From Mizuhopecten yessoensis (lineage: Eukaryota), in the NCBI RefSeq assembly GCF_002113885.1, contig NW_018408507.1, positions 1,261,140 to 1,325,139 of the forward strand: a stretch of DNA of 64,000 bases, given 5' to 3'. The notes under the pieces were generated by a model that had not been told where the DNA came from, ran no database searches, and saw only the letters and a list, made by a program, of their open reading frames with translations. The translations under genes were made by a program, and so were the position numbers. Below are positions 50,742-63,744 of the stretch, piece after piece. The number at the start of each line of letters is the position of its first letter. The first letter of the stretch is position 1.

Positions 50742-51425
50742 TGTTTCAAACCAACAATTACCTGTGCTGAACAATAACCATGTTTCAAACCAACATTACC
50801 TGTGCTGAACAATAACCATGTTTCAAACCAACATTACCTGTGCTGAACAATAACCATGTTTCAAACCAACAATTACCTGTGCTGAACAATAACCATGTTT
50901 CAAACCAACAAATACCTGTGCTGAACAATAACCAAGTTTCAAACCAACATTACCTGTGCTGAACAATAACCATGTTTCATACCAACAATTACCTGTGCTG
51001 AACAATAACCATGTTTCATACCAACAATTACCTGTGCTGAACAATAACCATGTTTCAAACCAACAATTACCTGTGCTGAACAATAACCATGTTTCAAACC
51101 AACATTACCTGTGCTGAACAATAACCATGTTTCAAACCAACAGTTACCTGTGCTGAACAATAACCATGTTTCATACCAACAATTACCTGTGCTGAACAAT
51201 AACCATGTTTCAAACCAACAAATACCTGTGCTGAACAATAACCAAGTTTCAAACCAACATTACCTGTGCTGAACAATAACCATGTTTCATACCAACAATT
51301 ACCTGTGCTGAACAATAACCATGTTTCAAACCAACAATTACCTGTGCTGAACAATAACCATGTTTCAAACCAACATTACCTGTGCTGAACAATAACCATG
51401 TTTCAAACCAACAATTACCTGTGCT
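50742..51425. repeat. Minisatellite, 38-39-bp unit, ~17 copies
   Basis: TGTTTCAAACCAACAATTACCTGTGCTGAACAATAACCA. Confidence 0.96.
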
Positions 51426-51509
51426 TTAAACCGACCAAAATAACACAGGTTTAATGAAGAGGATTAATCTCACAAGACAAGTTCTAATTGAAATGATAGA
51501 CATTTCACA

Positions 51510-52110
51510 GTCCTCAAAACTACCCTCGTAAACATGTCCTCAAACTACCCTTGTGAACATGTCCTCAAACTACCTTCGTTAACATGTCCTCAAACTACCC
51601 TCGTAAACATGTCCTCAAAACTACCCTCGTAAACATGTCCTCAAAACTACCTCGTAAACATGTCATCAACTACCCTCGTAAACATGTCTTCTTGACTACC
51701 CTCGTAAACATGTCCTTAAAACTACCCTCGTAAACATGTCCTCAATACTACCCTCGTAAACATGTCCTCAAAACTACCCTCGTAAACATGTTCTCAAAAC
51801 TACCCTCGTAAACATGTCCTTAAACTACCTCGTAAACATGTCCTCAAACTACCCTCGTACATGTCCTCAAACTACCCTCGTAAACATGTCCTCAAACTAC
51901 CCTCGTAAACATGTTCTCAAAACTACCCTCGTAAACATGTTCTTAAAACTACCCTCGTAAACATGTCATTAAACTACCTCGTAAACATGTCCTCAAACTA
52001 CCCTCGTAAACATGTCCTCAAAGTACCCTCCTAAACAAGTCCTCAAACTACCCTCGTAAACATGTCCTCAAACTACCCTCGTAAACATGTCCTCAAAACT
52101 ACCCTCGTAC
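51510..52110. repeat. Minisatellite, 25-26-bp unit, ~23 copies
   Basis: GTCCTCAAAACTACCCTCGTAAACAT. Confidence 0.95.
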
Positions 52111-53492
52111 ACATAAGTGATACAGACACACGCCGCAGAAGACCACATTTCATTGAGATCTTAATTCCGATCGATCAGAAGGCAGTCCAAACAGTAGCAC
52201 ACCTTGTTAAACTGCTTAACACAAGTAACGTAGACTTGTCACTATTAGATACCAAACTGAAACAGAGTTATATCTAAATTTCGACCAATCAGACTCAGAG
52301 GCAAGTTTACAGTGATGGAGGCAAGTTTACAGTGATGGATAAATTGAAAAAGCGTTAAAGTTCGTCATGCCATATAACATCTACAAGCCAAATTTGATAA
52401 AAAAAAATGAGGAAAGGGTATTTTTCCCTTTAATCGGAGAGTATCGCATAAACCTAGCTTTCTCCATTTTTCATTACGATCTACTGATAGACCAATCAGA
52501 GGCCACGTAGGCCATCTTAAATGTTGCATAAATTCGGAAGCTTTCTGGGTCATCTTCATCTTACAGTTATGATCATGTGAAAGTTTTATGAACTTAGTGC
52601 CTGTAGTTTGTACTGAACGCTAATGATAAGAAATGTTAAAAATAATTCAGATTACAAACAAAACAAAACAAAACCACAAAGAAACGAAAAAATTATAATA
52701 TTTAAGTGGACATCGTTCGGGTGTTTCTTAATAATAAACATAAAGAAAGTCAGAGAAATTAAATCACACCGACTTCATTCGGAGTTGAACTATTGAAAAG
52801 GAGTTCTTGTAATACACACTCGGAACAGTCTTCGCATATATATATATGCAAAAACACGAAGGCCGCTGTTGGCATACTCCATTATGCAATTCGGCTTTTG
52901 GAAGACCTCCTATTGGGCTTGACGAGGCATATAGTGTGATATTAGAAAGATTGTTACGTTATAGTATTGACATTAGGCAGAGGTCTGACGCTACTAACAC
53001 ATGGCTCTCTCCCATTAGCCAACAATAGGGCGCAATTTGTAGATTATATTGATAACAGTTACCGTAAACATCGCTGTCCGATTGTGTGAATGATCGAATG
53101 TATGGGTACACTGAACATCGGCTTGTAGTGGTGGACTAAACAACTCGAACACGACCTGCTATCCAGAGATAATTAATAGTGAAGGTAAATTTGTGTGAAA
53201 GGTGAACATTGGTGTATGCTTTACCGACTATGGTCATACTTGACATTACATTCAACTTGTGTTGACATCAGAAGAATTTCACAAAATCGTGCACCCCGCA
53301 GTGTCGAAAAGACATACAGTTAAACGTGAATTGATGGGAGATTGTAGAACACATTACATAAGGGAGGAATATGATCGCGCATATGGACAATGCTACGAGC
53401 AATGAGTCGTTATTGCTTTTATAAAACAGACAAAGAGCAACAGGGAATGCAGGTCGTTTATGATTTTAAAGTCTTGGTACCATTTGTTAAAA

Positions 53493-53584
53493 AACAGTCT
53501 AGGCTCGGCAATGTTAAATTAATGTTAAATTACAGTCTAGGCTCGGCAATGTTAAATTACAGTCTAGGCTCGGCAATGTTAAAT
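53493..53584. repeat. 27-bp tandem repeat, 3 copies
   Basis: ACAGTCTAGGCTCGGCAATGTTAAATT. Confidence 0.85.
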
Positions 53585-53799
53585 AACGATATTGTCTATA
53601 GTGCACAGTTTTACTGTAAAATACAGTGTGGTATATTCGGGAGTATAACCGTTGGAGAACTGTGCTGACTGTTTTCGGCATGGTAAACAAGAGAGTTAAA
53701 ATCGGCATTACATCCATGCTATCGCAAGGAAGCAAATACTCGACTATACATTTACCACCTCCAGCACACATTTCACACAAGGAGGAATGTCCCTAAATG

Positions 53800-54260
53800 A
53801 ATGGGACGCTAAACCTCAATAAAACCAGACCAACCCAAATCTCGTAAGGGAATTGCTTGGCAACCCTCCTATAACCATAAACAAACCTTGCTTCGTATAA
53901 AGAGACGAATACGCATGGTAACCTTCTTGGTGACTTAGTCCCTGGGTTGTAACTTTCAACAACTTTGAAACGATAACCATATATGCTGTTGCTGGGTATA
54001 AAGAACCAAATAGAGACATGTTACCAAGGTTGGTCTCGGGGTCTGCTTCTACTTGATCACTCTCCAGTAATACACTATAATATGGAAATGATTGGAACCC
54101 CCACGATGAATCAGATTTACCATTAATTGCAGGGCATGAAGAAATGAACACAGTCATAGAACGGACCATTGGGTCTGTCCCCTCCCTTAGGGACCTAGTC
54201 CTTAGGTCGTAACATGGAAACTTCCACAAAATAACAAACAGAATATACAACTGCGAAGCA
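53800..54260 (+). repeat. Degenerate dispersed repeat, copy 1 (related to 57620-58060 and 60640-61070)
   Basis: Shared motifs TATAACCATA...TTGCT...TATAAAGAGACGAAT and GACTTAGTCCCTGGGT...AACTTTGAAACG. Confidence 0.6.
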
Positions 54261-54269
54261 TGAAGATTT

Positions 54270-54646
54270 TGGTTTGGTATAATGATATGGTCTTTACACT
54301 GGTTTGGTATAATGATATGGTCTTTACACTGCTGTGGCATAATGCTATGGTCTTTACACTGGTTTGGTATAATGCTGTGATTTTTACACTGGTTTGGTAT
54401 AATGATATGATATTTACACTGGTTTGGTATAATGATATGGTCTTTACACTGTTTTGGTATAATGCGATCACTTTTCAGTGTTTTGGTATAATGCGATGAT
54501 CTTTTCAGTGTTTTAAGGATACTTCGATGAACTTAATACTGTTTTGATATAATGATATAATATTTACACTGGTTTGGTATAATGCTATGGTCTTTACACT
54601 GGTTTGGTATAATGATATGGTCTTTTCACTGGTTTGGTATAATGCG
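54270..54646. repeat. Minisatellite, 30-bp unit, ~12 copies
   Basis: GGTTTGGTATAATGATATGGTCTTTACACT. Confidence 0.93.
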
Positions 54647-54669
54647 ACGTTATGTACAAGAGTCGGGAG

Positions 54670-55600
54670 CGTAGATATTATATAGATACTAAATATATTA
54701 TAAAGACACGTAAGATATTACATAGATACGTAAGATATTATTTAGATACGTAAGATATTATATAGATACGTAAGATATCACATAGAAACGTAAGATATTA
54801 TTAAGATACGTGAGATATTATAAAGTAACGTAAGATAGTGTATAGTTACGTAAGTTTTTATATAGATACGTAAGATATTATCTTGAAACGTATTATATTA
54901 TATAGATACTAAAAATATTATAAAGACACATAAGATATTATAAATACACGTAAGATATTATTAAGATACGTTATATATTATAAAGTAACGTAAGATATTA
55001 TATAGATACGTAAGATATTATATAGATTCGTAAGATATTACATAGATACGTAAGATATCACATATAAACGTAAGATATTATATAGATACGTAAGATATTA
55101 CATAGATACGTAAGATATTACATAGATACGTAAGATATTATATTGATACGTAAGATAGCATATAGATACGTTAGATAGTACATAGATACGTAAGATAGCA
55201 TATAGATACGTAAGATATTACATAGATACGTAAGATATTATATAGATACGTAAGATAGCATATAGATACGTTAGATATTACATAGATACGTAAGATAGCA
55301 TATAGATACGTAAGATATTACATAGATACGTAAGATATTATATAGATACGTAAGATATCATATAGATACGTTAGATATTACATAGATACGTAAGATATTA
55401 CATAGATACGTAAGATAGCATATAGATACGTAAGGTATTATATAGATACGTAAGATATTACATAGATACGTAAGATATTATATAGATACGTAAGATATTA
55501 TATAGATACGTAAGATATTACATAGGTACGTAAGATATTATATAGATACGTAAGATATTATATAGTTTCGTAAGATATTACATAGATACGTAAGATATTT
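54670..55600. repeat. Minisatellite, 20-bp unit, ~46 copies
   Basis: TATAGATACGTAAGATATTA. Confidence 0.96.
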
Positions 55601-56361
55601 CAAATTTCTTTTTTAAGACTTGAAACGAAAGGTTATCGGACTGAGTACAAACAGTAGCTCTGAGGCCATAGAACCGTTAAGAGAGGCTATTTCTAGTGGC
55701 CCAGCCCATTTCTGGTATGTTGTTTGTGTATAATTATACAGGCATCACACTTCACTTTAATACGCTTGTGTACACGTCTGTCTTTATACATCAACACATA
55801 AGAACATCTAAAGTGAGCATAGATTCATATAATGAGTTTATATCAAACACGTGTTCCTGTTTCTGCCCGATATTGGTAGACCTCCTGTTTAATGGTCCTC
55901 CCATTATGTACTTTCCAAGTTAACCCTACGGTTATGAGATTGTGCGTTTCCATCTCCGTCTGGGAACACTTCAGGTACACTGTGGTTTCCACTTCATTCA
56001 TGTGATGTAAAACGCCTTAAATATGGGCGTGGCTCTTAACGTATCCGTGTTGATGTATATGTTATGTCCATACTTACATATCTTGCTTTGATGATGACGG
56101 CAAGATATAAATTACTAAATAATAATGCACCGACCGTAATGTAGTCTAATCGAACCATCAGATGTGACGTAACGGAACAATTGTAAATAAATAGTTCATA
56201 CATGTCATGACCCTTTTCTTAACAAACTCTGCACATTTGTCTACATTTTTTTGTGCAATATATATAATTATGCAGTGTACTAATTTCTACTAAGATCTAA
56301 GGCTAATGAATTTCTTTCATACCTATTTTATGACATCTCATAACATATGTATTTGCTGATT

Positions 56362-56455
56362 TAGTGGACTGCTATCCTGATATAGTGGACTGCTATCCTG
56401 ATATAGTGGACTGCTATCCTGATATAGTGAACTGCTATCCTGATATAGTGGACTG
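56362..56455. repeat. 21-bp tandem repeat, ~4.5 copies
   Basis: TAGTGGACTGCTATCCTGATA. Confidence 0.9.
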
Positions 56456-57004
56456 TGACATAATGGACTGGTATCCTAAAACAACGGATTGCTTTCCTAA
56501 ATTATCATATTATCTTGGTCCTGAGAAGCATACGTAGTCCACTTCTTTTTAAAATGAATGATTATCGTGTATCATGTTTGTAAAGGACGTGACTTGCGTC
56601 CCAGTTTGGGGCCCAATCATTGATTTTATTTCTTTATGAGCTGTGTACGTTTTGAATGGATTACGTAAGCCTACCCTGAAACCAGTCATAACACTGGTTT
56701 CATGATTGGTTCACGTATACGTTCAACTTCAAATAAAATACCGTTCAATTCATCGTCGTTGTTTTCGATATGCCATTATTGACATGGTAATGGTATAGAG
56801 AAATACTGGCTCTTTGGTGTATTGATTTACAGGGTAGGAAATGCCTTTTGGACAAGTGTTGGCTTTCCGTGTGTACTTGTTGTTCATGTGCGAAACATGA
56901 TTCACGTTTGAGTGTTTTCGGCTGTCGTTCTGTAAAATACTATTCATTATTTAGTTGACTTTAGTTGACATTTCATTAAACTGCATTACATGAAATCCGT
57001 GAAA

Positions 57005-57600
57005 TTTTAGCTCACCTGGTCCAAAGGATTAGTTGAGCCATACCGTGGCGTCCGTCGTCCGTGTGTCCGTTGTTTAAACGACTTCTTCTTAACCACTGAT
57101 TGGAATTTAACTAAAATAACTGTAAGCATCCCTTTCAGTAGGGGATTCAATATTGTACAAATGGTGGGGCTGAGGACCAGGGGGCTGAGGGGCAGGGGGC
57201 TGAGGGCCAGGGGGCTGAGGGGCAGGGGNCCCAGGGGGCTGAGGGGCAGGGGGCTGAGGGCCAGGGGGCTGACACCCAGGGGGCTCAGGGGCAGAGCCAA
57301 AAAGGATAATTTGGCTGTATTGCTTTAAGCGACTTCTTCTCTGGAACTAAAGGGTGGACATCAACCATATTTGACTGGTATCATCCATGGGTGGTGGTGA
57401 TTCAAAATTGTACAAATGACGAGGTTGACACCCAATGGGGCCGAGGGGCAGGGTCAAAAAGGTTAATTTGGCTAATGTGCTTTAAGCGACTTTTTCTCTG
57501 GAACCAATCGAATCATCCATAGGTGGTGGGGATTAACAATTGTACAAATGGACAACATGACCCCCCCCCCCCCCCCCCCCCCCCGGACGAAAGGGTAGGT
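57005..57600 (+). mobile_element. HINE (Helentron-associated non-autonomous element), 3'-truncated, with three ~157-bp core repeats
   Basis: Starts TTTTAGCTCACCTGG...TGAGC, then GTCCGTCGTCCG, then cores beginning TTTAA(A/G)CGACTTCTTC at ~57073, 57324 and 57481; architecture typical of bivalve HINEs. Confidence 0.75.
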
Positions 57601-57619
57601 CTAAAATAGTTTATAATGT

Positions 57620-58060
57620 TGGAATGGTTAATATCCCCGCCATATAACCATATATACAATTGCTGAGTATAAAGATGCTCCTTGGAGACTTAGTCCCTGG
57701 GTCATAACTTTGAAACGGTTTAGATCCCCACCCCAAAACGAAATATGCAATTGATGGGCATAAAGAGACAAACACAATCATGATATTTGCATTGACCCTT
57801 GGGTCTGGCCACACCCCTAGGGAGCTAGTTTCTGAGTCACAACTTGGAAACAGTGGAGATCCCCACCATATAATCATATTTACAATTACTGAGTATAAAG
57901 AGACGAATTCACATATGCTTCCAGGATGGCCCCGGGGTCTGCCCCACGCTTGGAAACTTAACCCATGTGTCATAAATCAAAACGGTAGGGATCCCCACCC
58001 CAATACTACATTTACAATCACTGGTCCTCTTGTTTCTATTTCGATACAGAAAAGATACAA
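57620..58060 (+). repeat. Degenerate dispersed repeat, copy 2 (internal period roughly 110-140 bp)
   Basis: Recurring ATCCCCACC...ATATTTACAATT...GAGTATAAAGAGAC and GAAACGGT motifs. Confidence 0.6.
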
Positions 58061-58326
58061 TGAAGTACATACACACAGTTTCAGCGGAATTAGCGGTTTT
58101 ACTTTACACAGGAAACCAGTTTCTGATGCCATATAAAATTGATATCTAGCGGACAAAGTAATACGGATCCAGTGTAAAGGGTTTGTGTATATCACTACGG
58201 GATTTAAATCTGTCGACAAACACTTACATATTCATTATCAAGGTTCTATCAGCATGGGCGGACTTGAGTCCATAGTGTTAAAAACCACTGCTTGTGTAAA
58301 CGGCTTTATGTTTAATTCAAATTTAG

Positions 58327-58833
58327 TTTTTATACGCCCGTCATTTGACGGGAGTATTATAGTATGGCGTCCGTCCGTGGCCGGCCGGACGGCAAACACT
58401 TTTGTTTGTCCAGCAATCTCCTCCTACATTTTTTGACGGATTTCTTAGTAGGCTAAATAATCATGTTGTTGTCTTTCTTGAAAAGAATTTTGATTCGACA
58501 ATTTTTGCAAAAGTTATTGCCCTTTGTTTATTTCAGTATTTGATTTTTGTCCGGCAATCTTCTCCTGCATTTTTCAACGGATCTCTTTGAAACTTGGTAT
58601 ACATTATAATCATGATATGAAGTTGTGTCTCCCTTAAAGGAATTTTGATTTCGACGATTTTTGCAAAAGTGATTGGCCTTTGTTCATTTCGCTATTTGAT
58701 TTTTTGTCCGGAGATTTTCTCCTACATTTAACCACTGTTAGAATGATGTAGATCTTATTTCAATGTAAGAAAGTATATTACTCTATTTGACATTTGACGG
58801 GCGAATATTGTTCCGCCCCGCGGTACTCTTGTT
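58327..58833 (+). mobile_element. Structurally complete HINE/DINE-1-like element
   Basis: 5' T-run + subTIR TATACGCCCGTCA with adjacent inverted copy TGACGGGAGTAT, GTCCGTCCG microsatellite seed, two or more ~150-bp cores, 3' subTIR TGACGGGCGAATA (58795-58807), short hairpin CCGCCCCGCGG, then TACTCTTGTT + T-run. Confidence 0.85.
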
Positions 58834-59187
58834 TTTTCTTCGGGACGGACATTTTTCTACACATATTATATGTAACCTTTTACCAGCAACAGCGTTTGCT
58901 ACTTACAGTTACAATTTGACTAAAATTAGCATATTACTTAATTATGACCTAACTGCATACACTACCATAAGGGTGATAAATGTATATATTTTCGTTAATG
59001 ATCTTCTGTGTATTTACATCTAATCCGTTTACTTGACAACAAACTATTCTCAAAACGATTACACTTGTGAACGGGTAATACAGTTGGCGACATAAAAACA
59101 CATACATCAACCACAAATAATGACGTCGTTACTGGGAAAACTAAATAAGAACCACACCCTCTCAATCAAAGCAACGCTCTAATGTAT

Positions 59188-60550
59188 AGGTCCGTGTTCA
59201 GTCGTTCGTGTTAAGTCGATGTTTACTGTCGATGTGTCCGTGTTAAGTCGTTGTTTACTGTCGATGTGTACATGTTAAGTCAATGTTTACTGTCGATGTG
59301 TCCGTGTTAAGTCGATGTTTACTGTCGATGTGTCCGTGTTAGGTCAATGTTTACTATCGATGTGTCTGTGTTAAGTCAATGTTTACTGTCGATGTGTCCG
59401 TGTTAAGTCAATGTTTACTGTCGATGTGTCCGTGTTAAGTCGTTTTTTCTGTCGATGTGTACATGTTAAGTCAATGTTTACTGTCGATGTGTCCGTCTTA
59501 AGTCGTTGTTTACTGTCGATGTGTCCGTGTTATTAGTCAATGTTTATTGTCGATGTGTCCGTGTGAAGTCGTTGTTTACTGTCGATGTGTCCGTGTTAAG
59601 TCGTTGTTTACTGTCGATGTGTCCGTGTTAAGTCGATGTTTACTGTCGATGTGTCCGTGTTAAGTCGATGTTTACTGTCGATGTGTCCGTGTTAAGTCGA
59701 TGTTTACTGTCGATGTGTCCGTGTTATAAGTCAATGTTTATTGTCGATGTGTCCGTGTGAAGTCGTTGTTTACTGTCGATGTGTCCGTGTTAAGTCGTTG
59801 TTTACTGTCGATGTGTCTGTGTTAAGTCGATGTTTACTGTCGATGTGTCCGTGTTATAAGTCAATGTTTATTGTCGATGTGTCTGTGTTAAGTCAATGTT
59901 TACTGTCGATGTGTCCGTGTTAAGTCTATGTTTACTGTCGATGTGTCTGTGTTAAGTCAATGTTTTCTGTCGATGTGTCCGTGTTAAGTCGATGTTTATT
60001 GTCGATGTGTCTGTGTTAAGTCAATGTTTACTGTCGATGTGTCCGTGTTAAGTCTATGTTTACTGTCGATGTGTCTGTGTTAAGTCAATGTTTTCTGTCG
60101 ATGTGTCCGTGTTAAGTCGATGTTTATTGTCGATGTGTCTGTGTTAAGTCAATGTTTACTGTCGATGTGCCCGTGTTAAGTCGTTGTTTACTGTCGATGT
60201 GTCCGGGTGAAGTCGTTGTTTACTGTCGATGTGTCTGTGTTAAGTCGATGTTTACTTTCGATGTGTCCGTGTTAAGTCGTTGTTTACTGTCGATGTGTCT
60301 GTGTTAAGTCGTTGTTTACTGTCGATGTGTCTGTGTTAAGTCCATGTTTACTGTCGATGTGCCCGTGTTAAGTCGTTGTTTACTGTCGATGTGTCCGTGT
60401 TAAGTCGTTGTTTACTGTCGATGTGTCCGTGTTAAATCGATGTTTACTGTGGATCTGTCTGTATTAAGTCGATGTTTACTGTCGATGTGTCCGTGTTAAG
60501 TCGTTGTTTGCTGTCGATGTGTCCGTGTTCAGACGTTGTTTACTGTCGAC
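59188..60550. repeat. Minisatellite, 32-bp unit, ~42 copies
   Basis: GTGTTAAGTCGATGTTTACTGTCGATGTGTCC. Confidence 0.96.
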
Positions 60551-60639
60551 AAACCGGTCTAGTCGTGTCTTTTAAACATATATAAGGTATCGGCTCCCTC
60601 TCGGCAGAATGTCGCTCTATTTTTTTCTTTAAGAGATAC

Positions 60640-61070
60640 ATGTTAATAAACTCATAGGGTTCGGCCCTGCTTTTCTCCATAAGGATTTAGTCTCTAGGTC
60701 ATTGAATTGGTTGAAATCTCCATATAACTATAGAATTGCTAGTCATGAAAAATACATTGAATCGGTTGAAATATTCCTTTAACAATACAATTGCTGGCAT
60801 AAACAGGACAAATACTTTCATGCCCCCAGAATTTAACTAAGGGTTCGTCTCTGTCCTTGTGAACTAGTTTCCGAGTCGTTAAATGATAATGGTTCAGGTC
60901 CGAACCCTATGACCGTTGATGAATTAGTTCCTGTGTCATCAATTGGAAACGGTTAAGATATCCGTCCTATAACCATATATACAATTGCTAAACATAAAAA
61001 CAGAAACATAATCACGCTACTAAGTTTGACCCTATGTGCAAGCCAGACCCCTGATGACTTAGGTCCTGAT
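60640..61070 (+). repeat. Degenerate dispersed repeat, copy 3
   Basis: GGAAACGGTTAAGATATCCGTCCTATAACCATATATACAATTGCT...CATAAA matches motifs at 57620-58060. Confidence 0.55.
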
Positions 61071-63017
61071 ATATATAGTATATAAACATGTGCTTGTTTG
61101 CTTAAACATCAAGGTCGATTGATACAGGCCTCTTGTCTGTATTTAGTTAACATGCTTTTGTGATTCAATCCCAACTCTGACAGGAGTCCTCCGGATTGGT
61201 ACCTGTCCTGGTTATCTCCATGCTATATGGTATAGGGGGTACAAATGTACATATCATCAATATTTGCTATGTAGAGATACGCGAAAATGACATTTCAGAA
61301 CGGGATGATATTTATTTTGATTTGAAATATACAATGATAGAATATAAAGATAATGCGCAGGTTTTGTGTGTCTGTCAGTGTTTACAGTGAGTACTGTAAG
61401 TCACTTAAAATAAATTAAATACAATGTTCGAGGTGGTTTTGTATGGCATCTGTGTATAAGCTGAAGTTACCAGGTCATTGAATGTTTCCCAGGATGGGGC
61501 GTTGCCCTTGTCCGACCGGCACGTGCACTTCCTGTTGTGGCGAACCATTCCTGTGGTGGTATGGCGGTGTCGTACATTATAAAGTTATTGTTATATCACA
61601 TTTATTACATATATTAGATAGATATATATATTAACGAACATTCCAGATTTCAAACTTTTGAAAGTATTAAACAATATGATGAGCACTTTGTTAAAACATA
61701 ACGTTATACATTTAGTCTTCCGTGTAGTTTGGTGTGGTTCGATCCTAATATTTGAATGAAAAATACAATCTATTTAATGTGTTTGACAGTATGTCGGTCA
61801 TGAGTACAGAAAGCTCTGATTTCAAACGTCATATACATAGGTCCTAGATCGACACTCGTTACTGTAACAGTTTAGAATAATCGTGTAAAATAACAAATAA
61901 AACAGCAAAGGCAAAATAATTCATTGTACGTATAATATATACAAAGATCAATCGTTATGTAAACACGCAGTGTCGCATAGCACATGTGTCTGATTTACGT
62001 ATCTGTTGATACAGTCGAGCATGGTGTCCTTGTCTTGACTCACCTTCCTCACTGAATGTGTTCTTATCTAGTTCCTAAATACGAATTTAATATCGATGAC
62101 CACTTTGCACTTTTCGTATAAAATACATGGAACTTGAGTAATAAAAAGATGTATGATTTGTGAAATTAAAAAAAAAAGGACAATAAGCATACACTTTGTT
62201 ATTTAAATTTGAAAATCAGGATTGATTCACTTTATATATATGTACTTAAAATAGCCAAATTTATCTTCCGCCCTGTAAAACTTGACACCGACAACAAACA
62301 ATACAAAATGAATCGGATTTATATCATTACCCCTTATCAGGCCCCAACAGTATGGGAAATGTGATCGCTGAGTTATCGACACGCGGCGAATCCAGAACGA
62401 GGCAAAGCGACTCCACCCCTGTTTATTTATATACGGTATTTATATTGACTGCAGATAGACGGGGCTTGCCGAGAGCTACGAGTGGGGCAATTCAAATAGG
62501 TGAACGATTAAACCAGCTTTGAAATATTAGGATTCAAACCACTAGTAGTTTACCGAGTGTAAAGAAGACTGGTATAATAGTGAAAACCTATAGTGATGCA
62601 TGCAGTTACCTCGTCATTACATATACGTAGACAGATGTGTAATCTATTATTTGTTATAGGAAAGAAAAAAGCGGATTGTTTACTTTGTATTAAACAAATA
62701 TTTGTACTCAAGTAAAGTATTGGGAAACCCCAAACGAATTTCTATAGATTTTGATAAGAATTCTGAACATTATGTCATATACGTTATGAAGCGTTCGCCT
62801 TTTCTACACGTATCCTTTAGGATTAGATCAGTCGTGACTTGAACATTAATGACCCATGCGAATTGCTGAATATAGCTGTGTGGAATGTGCTTTACAATCT
62901 ACCGCGAGCGCAAATGTACTACTATACACAAACCTTCTGCCGAACTGCATGTCACTGCACACACAAGTCACTGTCACTGTCGTTATATAATTACAGTGCA
63001 TGATATAAAACCATCCT

Positions 63018-63281
63018 TATACGATAAGTAATGCATACTGAAGTTGTTGTACAGTATACGATAAGTTATACATACTACAGGTGTTGTACAGTATACGTTA
63101 AGTAATTTATACTACAGGTGTTGTACAGTATACGATAAGTAATGCATACTACAGGTGTTGTACAGTATACGATAAGTAATTTATACTACAGGTGTTGTAC
63201 AGTATACGATAGGGTAATACATACTACAGGTGTTGTACAATATACGATAAGTAATACATGCTACAGGTGTTGTACAGTATG
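63018..63281. repeat. Minisatellite, 37-bp unit, ~7 copies
   Basis: TATACGATAAGTAATGCATACTACAGGTGTTGTACAG. Confidence 0.93.
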
Positions 63282-63744
63282 CGGCTTCTCAGGTGCATTT
63301 CAGGTACGTATTGGAGTCCAGAAGGAGACGCTTATTGGATGTTTATAATCTAAATGTTACAGTAGAAGCTAGATATGTTTGCTTTACTATTTAATTTACA
63401 TCAGTTAGACAGCGGAACAATGTTACAAATATTCTAAGTTTCCATATCAGCGAAAGCCAATAAAGTTACCATCGAAATCAGATGTTGAGCGTCGATCAAC
63501 AAAAAAGTCGAGCATCGATCGTGTAAAAAAATCAAAGCTGAACTGTTTTGACCAAATGATTTCACTGTGACATGATCAAGTCCACATGCTCATATATAGA
63601 CTAAGGGCCACTCTAATGTGTTGTATAATAGTTTGAATATCAGGAGAACTATTTTGAACACCTTAAGTTTATGTGAAGTGTGACTTGTTTGTATAAAAAG
63701 TGATATTTGGGGAAAATTAACCGAGATTAAACCTGATGATGTCC

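Noticed and set aside
61471-61548. GC-richer patch readable on minus as MVRHNRKCTCRSDKGNAPSWETFNDL|GTAACT
   Set aside because: Short, weak donor, no recognisable homology or partner exons.
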